DNA of 64,000 nt, from NCBI GenBank assembly GCA_002104905.1, contig MCFE01000112.1, forward strand, positions 1 to 64,000. Reading direction: 5' to 3'. The number at the start of each line of letters is the position of its first letter. The first letter of the stretch is position 1. Below the pieces are notes generated by a model that was given only the letters and a program-made list of their open reading frames with translations, did no database searches and was not told the DNA's origin. Of this stretch, positions 49,048-59,994 are shown one piece after another. Both the position numbers and the translations under genes were made by a program. This DNA comes from Basidiobolus meristosporus CBS 931.73. Lineage: Eukaryota > Fungi > Basidiobolomycota.

Positions 49048-50216
49048 ATGTCCGTGGAGTCTCGCTATTCATTCCTGCATATCCTGGGAATGGGGAGTTT
49101 TGGTGTGGTGTGGGCGGCCCGCCGAAATAATGACCGCAAGGTAGGGCTGACTCACAAATAGTACCTCTCAATCTCACCATGTCATTTCAGATCTTTGCGA
49201 TCAAGCTCATCACGGTGAAATCTAACGAGCAAACAAAGCTTCATTATTTCCTCAATGAAGCAAGGGTGTTGCGTGGTGTGAAGCACCCAAACCTTGTATT
49301 CATTGAGGAATACACCCATGATGTTCCAAAAGAGCGGCTTTACATTGTAATGGAGTACTGTGGCCATCGTGACCTGGCCTTTTTTATTAAAGAATTTCGA
49401 GCCAACAGGTAACCTTATTACATTATGGTACTAACCAGGATACACTAACATTGCCTTTAAAAATAGCTGTCTGGTGAGGCCAGCAAAGGTGTGGGCAATT
49501 TTTGCTCAAGTGGTCAATGCTGTCCACTGGTGTCATCTGCAGCCACGGATGATTGTCCATCGGGACATTAAACCCGAAAATGGTACAGTGGGGGATCATC
49601 GCCATGGCTATGGCTAATTCCTTTATCTTTTGTCTAGTCTTCATCACCGCCAACAATACTTTTAAACTCGGTGATTTTGGCTTATATCGGAGCCTTGCCC
49701 AAAGATCTGTGGCATATTCTTTTGTTGGTGTACGTATATGTAATCACATCTAGTGAACATGACTAATGAAATTCTTTTAGACACCACTCTACATGGCCCC
49801 GGTAGGTGTTTCCTTGGGCTCAAAGTAAATGTTGTTTAACCTGCTACTGATCCAGTTCTGTAGGAAATGCTTCGGAACCAGCCTTATTCAAGTAAGGTAG
49901 ACATATGGGCTTTGGGGCTACTGCTATACGAGCTCTGTTGCCTTAAGCCCTTGTTTCAAGCCAATAACCAGGAGGAGCTTCTTAAACAGATGATGCTGCA
50001 GCCACCTCCCAACATACCTCTCATCTATCCTCAATCAATGCAACGGCTACTGCACAGTATGTTGAACCTAGAGGTTAGTTGGATTGGCAAGCACAACACC
50101 ATACATAATATCTTAAACTTTGCCAGCCTTTACAGAGACCGACTATTCAGGAGATAGTGGTGATTCCTGAAGTGACCAAGGCACTGCAGCTGATGCACAC
50201 CTGCCAGAAGACTTAG
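49048..50216 (+). CDS. NEK/NIMA-like Ser/Thr protein kinase, 7 exons, 279 aa
   Basis: Exons 49048-49140, 49191-49408, 49467-49582, 49638-49729, 49781-49801, 49864-50073 and 50127-50216 splice to 840 nt with no stop; GMGSFG, AIK, HRDIKPEN, DFG, GTPLYMAPE, DIWALG all intact. Confidence 0.92.
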
Positions 50217-50567
50217 CCCCTATATATACTGCCTTGCTGGTGGCCCAAATAGTTTTAGTATCTTAGTTATCCACATATGTTACGGAATAAAGTGATCGTT
50301 TGTGTCAAGTGCGTTTACTACTATATTGGTTAACACGGAGCATACCACCACAACAGTACACCAGTCTCACGAATCATTCTGCTGACAGCCATAAGTTGCT
50401 GCTGTCGGAATAAGTGCAGTGGTAAATACATTCCAATAGAATAAACAAGATTGTCTGCCTACTTGGCAGCGGAGTAATTACAGCTATTTACTTATCTATT
50501 CAATTACTACTACTAGAGATCATAGTGGCGTCTATACTTAATTCTCTAAATTCTTCTGTGTGATAGC

Positions 50568-50980
50568 TTATGGCGCTTGTAATGCCAGTTCGGCTTGCGC
50601 AATGAGTTGCAGAATTTGTGCGTTCATATCATCCATGCTGCAATGCAACTGCAAATTATCATTTACAGATACTGACCAAGTACAAAGGGACTCACCTTTG
50701 AATGCTTCACATTGGCCGGTTTTGAGGGTTGAACAGGTTGCTTTGTCTTTGTGCATCATCTTCGGTCCTATAACTGCTTGAAACATAGGCCCATGCCGAA
50801 CTAGAGCTGTCTTGGCCACTCCGCGTACAATAGAAGGTTGGCTGGTAGTTTTTTCAACAATGTTCCGGGACAAAAAACTTCCATGGCCAATCATAGATTG
50901 GAACATGGATCCACTCCGTGGCCAAGCGGCTGGGATTTCAGTGAAATTAGTACCACTCACAAACAATTCAGCTTGTAATG
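50568..50980 (-). CDS. Unknown protein X, second copy (last exon; upstream exons not resolved)
   Basis: Paralog of 39883..40368; the frame opens after a candidate tttgtag acceptor; no in-frame ATG before the conserved region. Confidence 0.55.
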
Positions 50981-51959
50981 TACCTACAAATAGCTAAGGA
51001 CTTGTTGATAAAATGCTGCATGGTAATGTGTATTGCTTTTCAGCAGCAAAGCCCATTATATACGCACTCTCACATGAAACATCATAGTTGTTTACGGTTG
51101 CAATCACTACACAATCAATCCTGCTTGATGTGTTTTAATACATAGGCTGGCTTTTTATGTCTCAGCCATGTATCAATAGTTATTTTTATCATATAATCTT
51201 CATTTGTAAATACATGGCGGGAATGGACTATAATAAGTAATCAAGTCTCTTACCAGTGTACAGGCAATATTACTCAGTTTTGTATTTGCGTATTGCAAAA
51301 CAACTCCGTGTATTCCGTTGTGCCATTAATATAAAGTCAACAATCAAAGCTCGCTTAATGGCTCTAGATACAAATGGAATATTGTCACGTCTTAGTCTGC
51401 TACATTCAGAGGAATGACACCAGTAGGATGCTCCAACTCTTTCTACATGGCATTAAAGTGGTCATTGCCTTAGTTTCTTGAGAGAAATTAAATAGATACG
51501 GTTATATTAACATCCGGCCAAGAATACCTTCAACCATGATTGATTCTTACTCTCAATATATACATGCGTTCAATCAGGTTTTATACATGCGCTCAATCAG
51601 GTTTCCTATAAATACGAGGCAAATACCCATATTTTGGTGGTAGAGCCCTGGTCCGGGAAGACCTTGGCGTGGTGGATGCTGAATACAAGACACACAGATA
51701 GCCAGGTAGAATATGCTCCCAACCAACTCTCATAATTTGAGTCCAGCAGGAGGTGCAGCGGTATTCTAGTGCGGTTGTAAGGCTTAGCATGGTAAATGAG
51801 CAGGCCAAACAAAAGCACCCTCAGCTCACTCCGCAAAAACTATTCAAATACCTGGTATCACTGTTGGATGGCAGCCCGAATAAGTTAATTGCGTGACAAC
51901 ATTCTTGGTCACCTGGTGCTGATTCAATTAAATGTAATTGATAGCAAATGTGATTATTA

Positions 51960-52250
51960 AGCATGATGTTATGTAAGCTAGCAACCCAATCACACCCGTC
52001 ATATCCTCTGTAGCCTCCATACCCATTGTAACGACTGTATCCCCGACGTCCCCCATAGCCACTGTAATGACTGTAGCGTTGTCATATCTGCCCCTTCCTC
52101 TTCCATAGCCACCATATCTTACCCACAGCTCAGCCTCTTCTGAGCCAATGTCTTCACCAGTGGAAGCGGCTTGCTTATTGGCAAGCTCATTGCCTGGCAT
52201 TTGGCCAAACATGTCAATTCTCTGGTCATGCCACACTAGATGAACCACAA
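51960..52250 (-). pseudogene. Family D copy, frameshifted
   Basis: GQMPGNEL...SEEAELWVRYGGYGRGRGRY, then in another frame YSGYGGRRGYSRYNGYGGYRGYDGCDW. Confidence 0.65.
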
Positions 52251-52659
52251 AGCCTACAATAAATCGGCAACATTTGCTTTAATACCTGTGGTTACAATGA
52301 GGGTTGGAATCTTGGTTCTTTGCGGTATACAGGCAGTTTGCAAGCACAAAATGTTGACCATTGAATCTATTTATTCTGCTTCATAATAGCAACAACATGA
52401 AGAGCCTTTGACATTAATATCTCCCCTTGTATCTGCGTCAGTGAACGCTCACTTATCTGATAATGATGACGCACCAACAATCACACCCTCAAGAGAAGAA
52501 CCAGACATAAGTATAGATAAACGTATTTGTGTACTACACACCAATTGTATTACTAAATATTCTAATTTGTTTGAAAGAAAATAATCAACCTTTGGCCAAT
52601 TGGCATTTAATAACAAAATCAATTATCCATTAGTCTACCACAAAGTCACACCTAAAGTA

Positions 52660-52850
52660 GGAATAGCATACCGTCAATCATGGCATTAACATATGTATTA
52701 TGTAAGCCAATTAACCCTTCTCACTAGAGTGCGCAGATCGACAATTGTTGCTGCCATCAAAAGAGTGCATAGATTGACAGCAGTTAGTTGCTGCTGTCAG
52801 TGAAGTAGCTAGCTGAGGCTGTTAATCAACTGTTGATACACAATCAGGAT
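52660..52850 (+). repeat. Dispersed ~200-bp element, second copy
   Basis: gaatagcataccg...taagccaatt.acccttctcact.gagtgcgcagatcgaca...agtgaagtag.tag.tg.ggctgttaatc aligns with 37362-37565. Confidence 0.75.
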
Positions 52851-52878
52851 GTATCCGTTATCAGATCACTCTCACAAC

Positions 52879-53214
52879 TGTTGTAAAAATTCGTAATTCT
52901 ACCTAAATATTCACCTATCTTAGTTACTTAGACTATTACCTTCAAGTCATATAGAGTACTGACCAAATTCCTTCTTGGGATTTACCTAGAATATTTACCC
53001 ACAACATGAAAATTAGATAAGTTGTCCAAACAGCCCCAAACTTTGCACACATGTTCTTGGGACCTTCCTTAACCTAATCTACGTGTTTTTTATGCCAAGA
53101 CCATGTAAAAGTATAAATACTACTTTTATATTCAATAAATCATTAAGTGAAAACCACACAATCTACTTGCCCTCCCAAATTACTTGCAATATCTCCAAGA
53201 CTCTTACTACAACA
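52879..53214 (+). mobile_element. Solo LTR of the copia family below (older, partly deleted)
   Basis: TGTTG...CAACA termini, similar to the other three LTRs; 5-bp TSD ACAAC on both sides (slightly ambiguous because of the aac run). Confidence 0.85.
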
Positions 53215-54853
53215 ACAACACATATCCTGGCTCATGTACTATATTATATTACTAAGTTCATTGTTTTGATAGTTGGTGTTGTCAGGTCCAATTTAGTAAA
53301 CCCCAATGCACTTTGGACTTACTTTCTGTTTACTTCTTTGCACACTCTGAGTGCAAAACAATCTAATCAGTTTGTATTTCTATATGCAAAGACTTCTGGA
53401 CTTTGGCCTTGTCTTGGCTCTTGCTGCCCTTCCTCCATGTGCATCTCCACTTCTTCTGTATGAAGACATCCCTCTCCTGTGCAGTCTTCACTACATTTAC
53501 AGTACCAGTGAAGTTTGTACAAGTCTTACCTTTGCTACCTTGAGGGCCAGAGAAAGGAACACTAGTGGAAAAATGCTGTAGGCAAAGAAGTCAAGAATGT
53601 TTATGTTTGGAGTTAGTGGATGCAACATGCTTGATTGAACACCTGTCATTCTTTGTTCAGTTGGGATGATGTCAGCCATGTACTATCACAATTGTATATA
53701 TGAGTACCATTGGGCTTGCATTGCATCTCCAACACCTTATCAACTATTGATGCACACTTATAATCTTTCTGCAGTCACCATTGGCCCAAGTCTGTGCAAA
53801 TATTTGTTGGCACTTGATACTGTAATACTGGAACCAATTTTATTCTTCTTAATCCTAAATTCTTCACATAATATCATATCTATCTCTCACCATAGCTGTA
53901 CCTTGGTGTGAATATACTACATATTGGTCCATATCCTGACCACTTTTTGCAGCTTACAGCCTTCCCCAAAGTAAGACATGCCTCCATATCTCCCTGGGAG
54001 GATATGAAATCTCTTCAGAGATCCAAAACTAGGCTCCACCATGAATCTGGAATGTGAGAATATCATATTGTAAGCCTTGTGTCTATCTGAGAGCACTCCA
54101 TTCCTTAGCTTCTTATGTGCTGTGATGCATCATAGATTCCTGCATTCTGCTCATATATAAGCCAAGTCTGCCATACATTGTACTTCTTTGTGAAATGGTG
54201 ATGAGTTCTCCACCCAAAGTCTTTTATCATGATGCCTTTGCATGTATGGCCCATCAGTCCAGATGATATTTCCTTCAAAGTCTGATGATGCCTAGAATTT
54301 GACACAGTCAGTTTTATACTTGCCTAGATAAAAGTCTCTTTGGTTCCTGTTGGGCCTTCCAATCCTGACTAGAAAGTATCCAGGATACTTACAATCTTGA
54401 TCCTATTAGGAAATTACCCTTGGAGTGGCAGTGTATTGCTGGTCCCATATACCTGTATGGTACAGGTGGAGAATGTTGTAAAAATTTGTATTTCCACCTA
54501 AATATTCACCTAACTTAGTCACTTAGATCATCACCTTCAAATCCTAAAGAATACTGACCAAATTCCTTGTTGGGATTTACTTAGAATATTTTCACCAAAA
54601 TACCAGGTACCCAGAACATGAAAACTCTCAAAGTTGTCCAAACAGCCCCAAACTTTGCACACATGTTCTTGGGACCTTCCTTAACCTATTCAACATGTTT
54701 GTAAAGCCAAGACCAGGTAAAAGTATAAATACCACTTTTACATTCAATAAATCATTGAGTGAAAACCACATAATCTACTTGTTCTCCCAATCACTTCCAA
54801 TATCTCCAAGACTCTTACAACAGGTTGTGAGCCCCAAGCTGTCACTCTCTGCA

Positions 54854-56193
54854 ATGTCTACTACTACTATTACTGGAATTTTTCCCTCTGCTGAAAAGTT
54901 GGATGGATCTAACTACCAAGTGTGGAAGGAGAAGATGAAGATGCTGCTACAAGAAAGAGGCCTTTGGGATATTGTCATGGGAGAAGAATGCCCTCCTAAA
55001 AATGTGGGAGAGGAAGCCTGAAAGTACCAGAAGAAAGAACAAAGTGCCTTTAACTGCATTTGCCTTAATGTCAAGGACAAATTGCTAATTCAATGCTCAA
55101 GAGCAAAAACGGCAAAGAATGCCTGGGAAGCATTGGAAGACACCTACAAAGAACATGCTTTAATAAGCAATGATAACCAACAAAGGAGGTACCCAAGACC
55201 CTACAAAAGCAACAGCAACCTATTTTGCAACTACTGCAAAAGGAAAGGACACACATTAGACCGGTGTCTCAAAAAGAGGGATTATCAGCAAAAGAAGCCT
55301 GAATATGGAAATGCTGCAACAACTGAAGATAGACTATTCATATCTGCACTAAATATGACCGCAAACAAGGATTCTCAGACGGGGTATATTGACTCTGGAG
55401 CTTCTCAACACTTTACACACCAAAAAGAACTTTTTACCCAATATCAAGAAATTCCAATTAAGAAGGTTTTCATGGGTGATGATAGAACACTTGATGCAGT
55501 GGGAGAAGGAACTATCAAAGTAAACCTTAGAAGCAGTGAAGGAAGCCATACACTGACCTTTAAAGAAGCACTCTATGTACCAGAAATAGCCAAGAACCTA
55601 CTCTCTGTAAGCAAGGCCACAGCTGAAGGACTCAGTTTCAGTTTTGACAATTCTGGATGCAGGATCACTGATCAAAATGGTGCCCATATTGCTTCAGGCA
55701 TCAGAGATCAGAATCTATACAAGTTGACTTATATTCCATCATATCTGGAAGCCAATATAAGTAACTTAAATGAAGAAACACCAATGCTTTGGCACAGGAG
55801 ATTTGGACACATCAATTTTGATTATTTGCGTAAAATGATCAAAGATCAGCTAATTTCTGGAGTGAAAATTGATCCCCCAGCTAATTTGGAGCACTGTGAA
55901 GCCTGCATATATGGGAAACAAGCCAGACAACCGTTCAAGAGCTCTGGGTTAATCAAAACTAAGAAAAAATTAGATCTAATTCACTCAGATCTGTATGGAC
56001 CTATGCAAAATTTATCCTTAGGCGGGATGAAGCATTTAATCACTTTTATTGATGATTATACAAGATACACATGGGTCTACTTAATGGAGAGAAAGGAAGA
56101 AGCTCTGTCTAAGTTCCGGGAGTTTAAAGCCATGGTGGAGAGAGAAACTGGTGAAAAAATCAAGAAAATACGCTCTGACAATGGTGGAGAATA
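54854..56193 (+). pseudogene. Copia gag-protease-integrase (5' part)
   Basis: KLDGSNYQVWKEKM, in-frame TGA at 55019, zinc knuckle CNYCKRKGHTLDRC, protease YIDSGASQH, LWHRRFGH...CEAC, HSDLYG, IDDY, RSDNGGEY. Confidence 0.92.
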
Positions 56194-56542
56194 TGTTGTA
56201 AAAATTTGTATTACCACCTAAATATTCACCTAACTTAGTCACTTAGATCATTACCTTCAAATCCTAGAAAATACTGACCAAATTCCTTGTCGGGATTTAC
56301 TCAGATTATTTTCACCAAAATACCAGGTACTCAGAACATGAAAATTCTCAAAGTTGTCCAAACAGCCCCAAACTTTGCACACATGTTCTTGGGACCTTCC
56401 TTAACCTATTCTACGTGTTTGTAAAGCCAAGACCAGGTAAAAGTATAAATACCACTTTTACATTCAATAAATCATTAAGTGAAAACCACATAATCTACTT
56501 GTTCTCCAAATCACTTCCAATATCTCCAAGACTCTTACAACA
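56194..56542 (+). mobile_element. Solo LTR of the same copia family inserted in the integrase core
   Basis: 349 bp, TG...CA, TSD GAATA both sides; removing the LTR and one TSD restores RSDNGGEY-TSKLF...PQQNGVAE. Confidence 0.95.
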
Positions 56543-56547
56543 GAATA

Positions 56548-57025
56548 TACCTCAAAACTCTTCATCCACTTCTGCAAAATTCATGGGATAAAGCAAGAGA
56601 CTACTGTACCATACTCCCCACAGCAAAATGGAGTAGCAGAACAAGCTAACAGATCAATAATTGATATGGCAAGATCTATGATCCATGATCAAAAATTATC
56701 CTATGATTTTTGGGCGGAATCAGTTGCCACTGCTGTATACCTTAAAAATAGGAGTTATAAGAGAATACTTCGTGATTCTACTCCATTTGAAGCATGGTAT
56801 GGATATAGACCAAGTGCAGAACATCTAAGAATATTTGGGTGTACAGCATATGCCAAAAAACTGGCCGGAAATCAGTCAAAATTTGAGCCAAAAAGTGTAA
56901 AATGCATTTTTTTGGGCTACTGCAATGTGAGTAAGGCGTACAGACTCTACAATACCAAAGCAAAGAAGCTGATCAAGTCCAGGGATGTGTTGTTTGATGA
57001 AAATTCAAAATTTTCACAAGAATGA
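56548..57025 (+). pseudogene. Copia integrase 3' part
   Basis: TVPYSPQQNGVAEQANRS...FWAESVATAVYLKNR...LRIFGC...KCIFLGY...SRDVLFDE, then a frameshift into the RT frame. Confidence 0.9.
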
Positions 57026-58848
57026 CATCAGATTATGACGAAAATTTGATCTCAAGTCCACCAATTGTCAGGATTGAATCAGAGCAAAACAATGAAAATT
57101 TTTTCACTCCAGAGGACTCTACAACCATGGTTCAGCCAGAATCAGTGCCCAGGAATATCTCAGAAGTGATCATTCCAGTATCAAATGCCCGGAGATCAAA
57201 TCGGACAAGAAATAGCCCAAATTACTATATTAATGAGGGTACAAACTTAGCCTATGCCTATTCAGTCCATATTGATGAACCCCAGACTGTAAATGAGGCC
57301 CTAAACAGCCCTCAGACAAGGTTTTGGAGATCTGCAATGACTGAGGAATATCAGGCCCTGATGGAAAATCAAACTTGGGACTTAGTCAAATTACCAATCA
57401 ACCAAAAATCAATTGGATGCAGATGGGTCTTCAAGACAAAATACAAGGCTGATGGTACAACTGAAAGATACAAAGCAAGACTTGTAGCCAAAGGATACTC
57501 TCAAACAAAAGGACTTGACTATACTGAGACCTTTGCACCGGTAGCCAAGTTTAATTCCATCAGATTAATATTGGCTATTGCAGCCAAATATAAGTTTTTT
57601 ATTCATCAAATGGATGTAAAAACTGCATTTTTGAATGGAGAACTTGATGAAGATGTGTATATGGACCAGCCTGATGGGTTTGCTGACCAAGATAACCCCC
57701 ATTTGGTCTGCAAGCTTAAAAAGTCACTATATGGTCTCAAACAATCACCAAGAGCCTGGAATTGCAAGATAGATTCTTATTTGGAATCTTTGATATTCAA
57801 AAGGAGTAATGCTGACTATAGTATATACTATAAGCCAGATAGAGCAAATCCAGTTCTATTAGGTCTATATGTGGATGATCTTATTATAGCCGCCAATAAC
57901 CTAGAAACATTGGAAGAAACTAAATCCAGCCTATCTAAGGAGTTCAAGATGTCTGATTTAGGAGAACTTAGTTACTACTTAGGGATTAAGTTCTCCATAG
58001 ACAGAAGTACCCAGATTATCACCCTAAGCCAATCCAAGTATACTGAAGATATACTAAAGAAGTACCAAATGGAAGACTGTAAACCGGCAGCTACCCCAAT
58101 GGAGACAAACCTTAACTTGGTCAAAACTCAACCAAATCAAGAGAGCTTGGTGCCATCTGAAAGCCCTGACTTTCCTTATCAATCTATGGTCGGCAGTCTG
58201 ATGTATATCATGCTTGGAACACGTCCAGATATCTCATATTCAGTGGGAGTTGTCAGCCAACATAATCAGAATTATGGATCTGATCATATTGCAGCAGTTA
58301 AGCGGATTTTTAGATACCTAAAAGGAACTGCTGATATCTGCTTAAGATACACTTATAAGGATTCAGAACAGGATCTTGTGGGATACTCTGATGCTGATTG
58401 GGGACGAAATTTGGAAGACAGAAGATCCACCACAGGATACACCGTTCTTTACTGTAAAGGAGCAATTTCATGGAATTCAAGAAAGCAACCAACCGTAGCA
58501 CTTTCTACTACAGAGGCAGAGTATATGGCAGCCTGTGAAGCTACAAAAGAAGCAATGTGGTTAAGAAAGCTCTTTGCAGATTTAGGCCTATGTCAAAAAA
58601 CGCCTATTACTTTATTTCAAGATAATCAAGGATGTATACAATTAGGTAGAAATCCAACTTTTCATGCTAGAACCAAGCACATAGATATTAGACATCATTT
58701 CATACGTGAAGCTACAGAGAATAACTTAGTTAGCTTAGTTTACTATTCTACAGATGAAATGATTGCAGACATATTTACCAAACCATTAGCTAGAGACAAG
58801 TTTGAATATCTTAGGTCAAAATTAGGACTAGTCAGTATGAACATTTAG
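57022..58848 (+). CDS. Copia reverse transcriptase-RNase H (open frame, 608 aa)
   Basis: YKARLVAKG, QMDVKTAFL, LYGLKQ, LYVDD, YSDADW, STTEAEY, DNQG, ADIFTK. Confidence 0.93.
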   Translation: MTSDYDENLISSPPIVRIESEQNNENFFTPEDSTTMVQPESVPRNISEVIIPVSNARRSNRTRNSPNYYINEGTNLAYAYSVHIDEPQTVNEALNSPQTRFWRSAMTEEYQALMENQTWDLVKLPINQKSIGCRWVFKTKYKADGTTERYKARLVAKGYSQTKGLDYTETFAPVAKFNSIRLILAIAAKYKFFIHQMDVKTAFLNGELDEDVYMDQPDGFADQDNPHLVCKLKKSLYGLKQSPRAWNCKIDSYLESLIFKRSNADYSIYYKPDRANPVLLGLYVDDLIIAANNLETLEETKSSLSKEFKMSDLGELSYYLGIKFSIDRSTQIITLSQSKYTEDILKKYQMEDCKPAATPMETNLNLVKTQPNQESLVPSESPDFPYQSMVGSLMYIMLGTRPDISYSVGVVSQHNQNYGSDHIAAVKRIFRYLKGTADICLRYTYKDSEQDLVGYSDADWGRNLEDRRSTTGYTVLYCKGAISWNSRKQPTVALSTTEAEYMAACEATKEAMWLRKLFADLGLCQKTPITLFQDNQGCIQLGRNPTFHARTKHIDIRHHFIREATENNLVSLVYYSTDEMIADIFTKPLARDKFEYLRSKLGLVSMNI

Positions 58849-59994
58849 CTGAGTGGAAGTGTTGTAAAAATTCGTATTTCCACCTAAATACTCACCTAGC
58901 TTAGTCACTTAGATCATCACCTTCAAATCCTAGAGAATATTGACCAAATTCCTTGTTGGGATTTACTTAGAATATTTTCACCAAAATACCAGGTACCCAG
59001 AACATGAAAATTCTCAAAGTTGTCCAAACAGCCCCAAACTTTGCACACATGTTCTTGGGACCTTCCTTAACCTATTCTACGTGTTTGTAATGCCAAGACC
59101 CGGTAAAAGTATAAATACCACTTTTACATTCAATAAATCATTAAGTGAAAACCACATAATCTACTTGTTCTCCCAATCATTTCCAATATCTCCAAGACTC
59201 TTACAACAGAGAAGCATAATGAAGCAGGTTACATATGGCTCAGAGCTAGTACTGATACTCCCATATATCAACAGATCTATGGCATTTTCACCAGTGTATA
59301 ACAACATTATGCAATGCCCAACTTGCTTGGAATGAACAATTGATGGTTGAAAATACCATTCAAATTCTGGATATATTCCAGTAATACCCCATCTAAAGAT
59401 GCTGATGCAATCAAATGATACCATCAGGCTATACGCCCTATGAAAAATTATTGAGATGATCCTGTCAAAAGGCCGTCAAAAGTGAAAGTACTGTGACTAA
59501 GAGGTACTGATCTTGTCAGGACACCATCCTGAGACCGTTGAAAAATAATTGCACCTCAAATGTCACAAAAAACCTAGTCAAAACTTTTCATCACAACAAT
59601 GTATAAGTGGCATTTGATTGGTTCCCTGCCAATTTGCCCACTTTGTGATCCTGGACACTCTATTGCCTCCTACATTTATGTGAATTGATTGGCTATTGCC
59701 TCTTTTTCACACTCCTTACTTCCTGACTCAACTGTTTCTCTTACTTTTCATGTGTATGAATTGATTTATTTCCGTTCAAATTTCAGTTGTACCTCAATTG
59801 CCAATAGTATTGACCTATACAAGTCTCTACACCCTATACTAACATTAAACCCAACCCCACACTCAACAAGTAGCTCCATTAAAATCCACCACCCAATAAG
59901 TATTACTGCTGTAAAGCTCTGGTTCCACAACTTTGGCAGGAACCCAACGGCTTTATGCCACTGTTCACTCACTGGTTCCCACACATCCTGGTCT

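Larger units (their letters stand above)
54474..59208 (+). mobile_element. Ty1/copia LTR retrotransposon, inactive
   Basis: 349-bp LTRs at 54474-54822 and 58860-59208 (TG...CA), TSD GAGAA, PBS-like GGTTGTGAGCCC at 54823, purine tract gagtggaag before the 3' LTR, gene order gag-PR-IN-RT-RH. Confidence 0.97.

Noticed and set aside
51562-51606. 23-bp imperfect tandem duplication tacatgcg(t/c)tcaatcaggttt
   Set aside because: Two units only in intergenic DNA, with no associated structure.
59209-59520. Sequence interrupted by the copia as a DNMT1-like (YIWLR) gene
   Set aside because: It is only a short motif resemblance in a stop-ridden frame, with no supporting domains.
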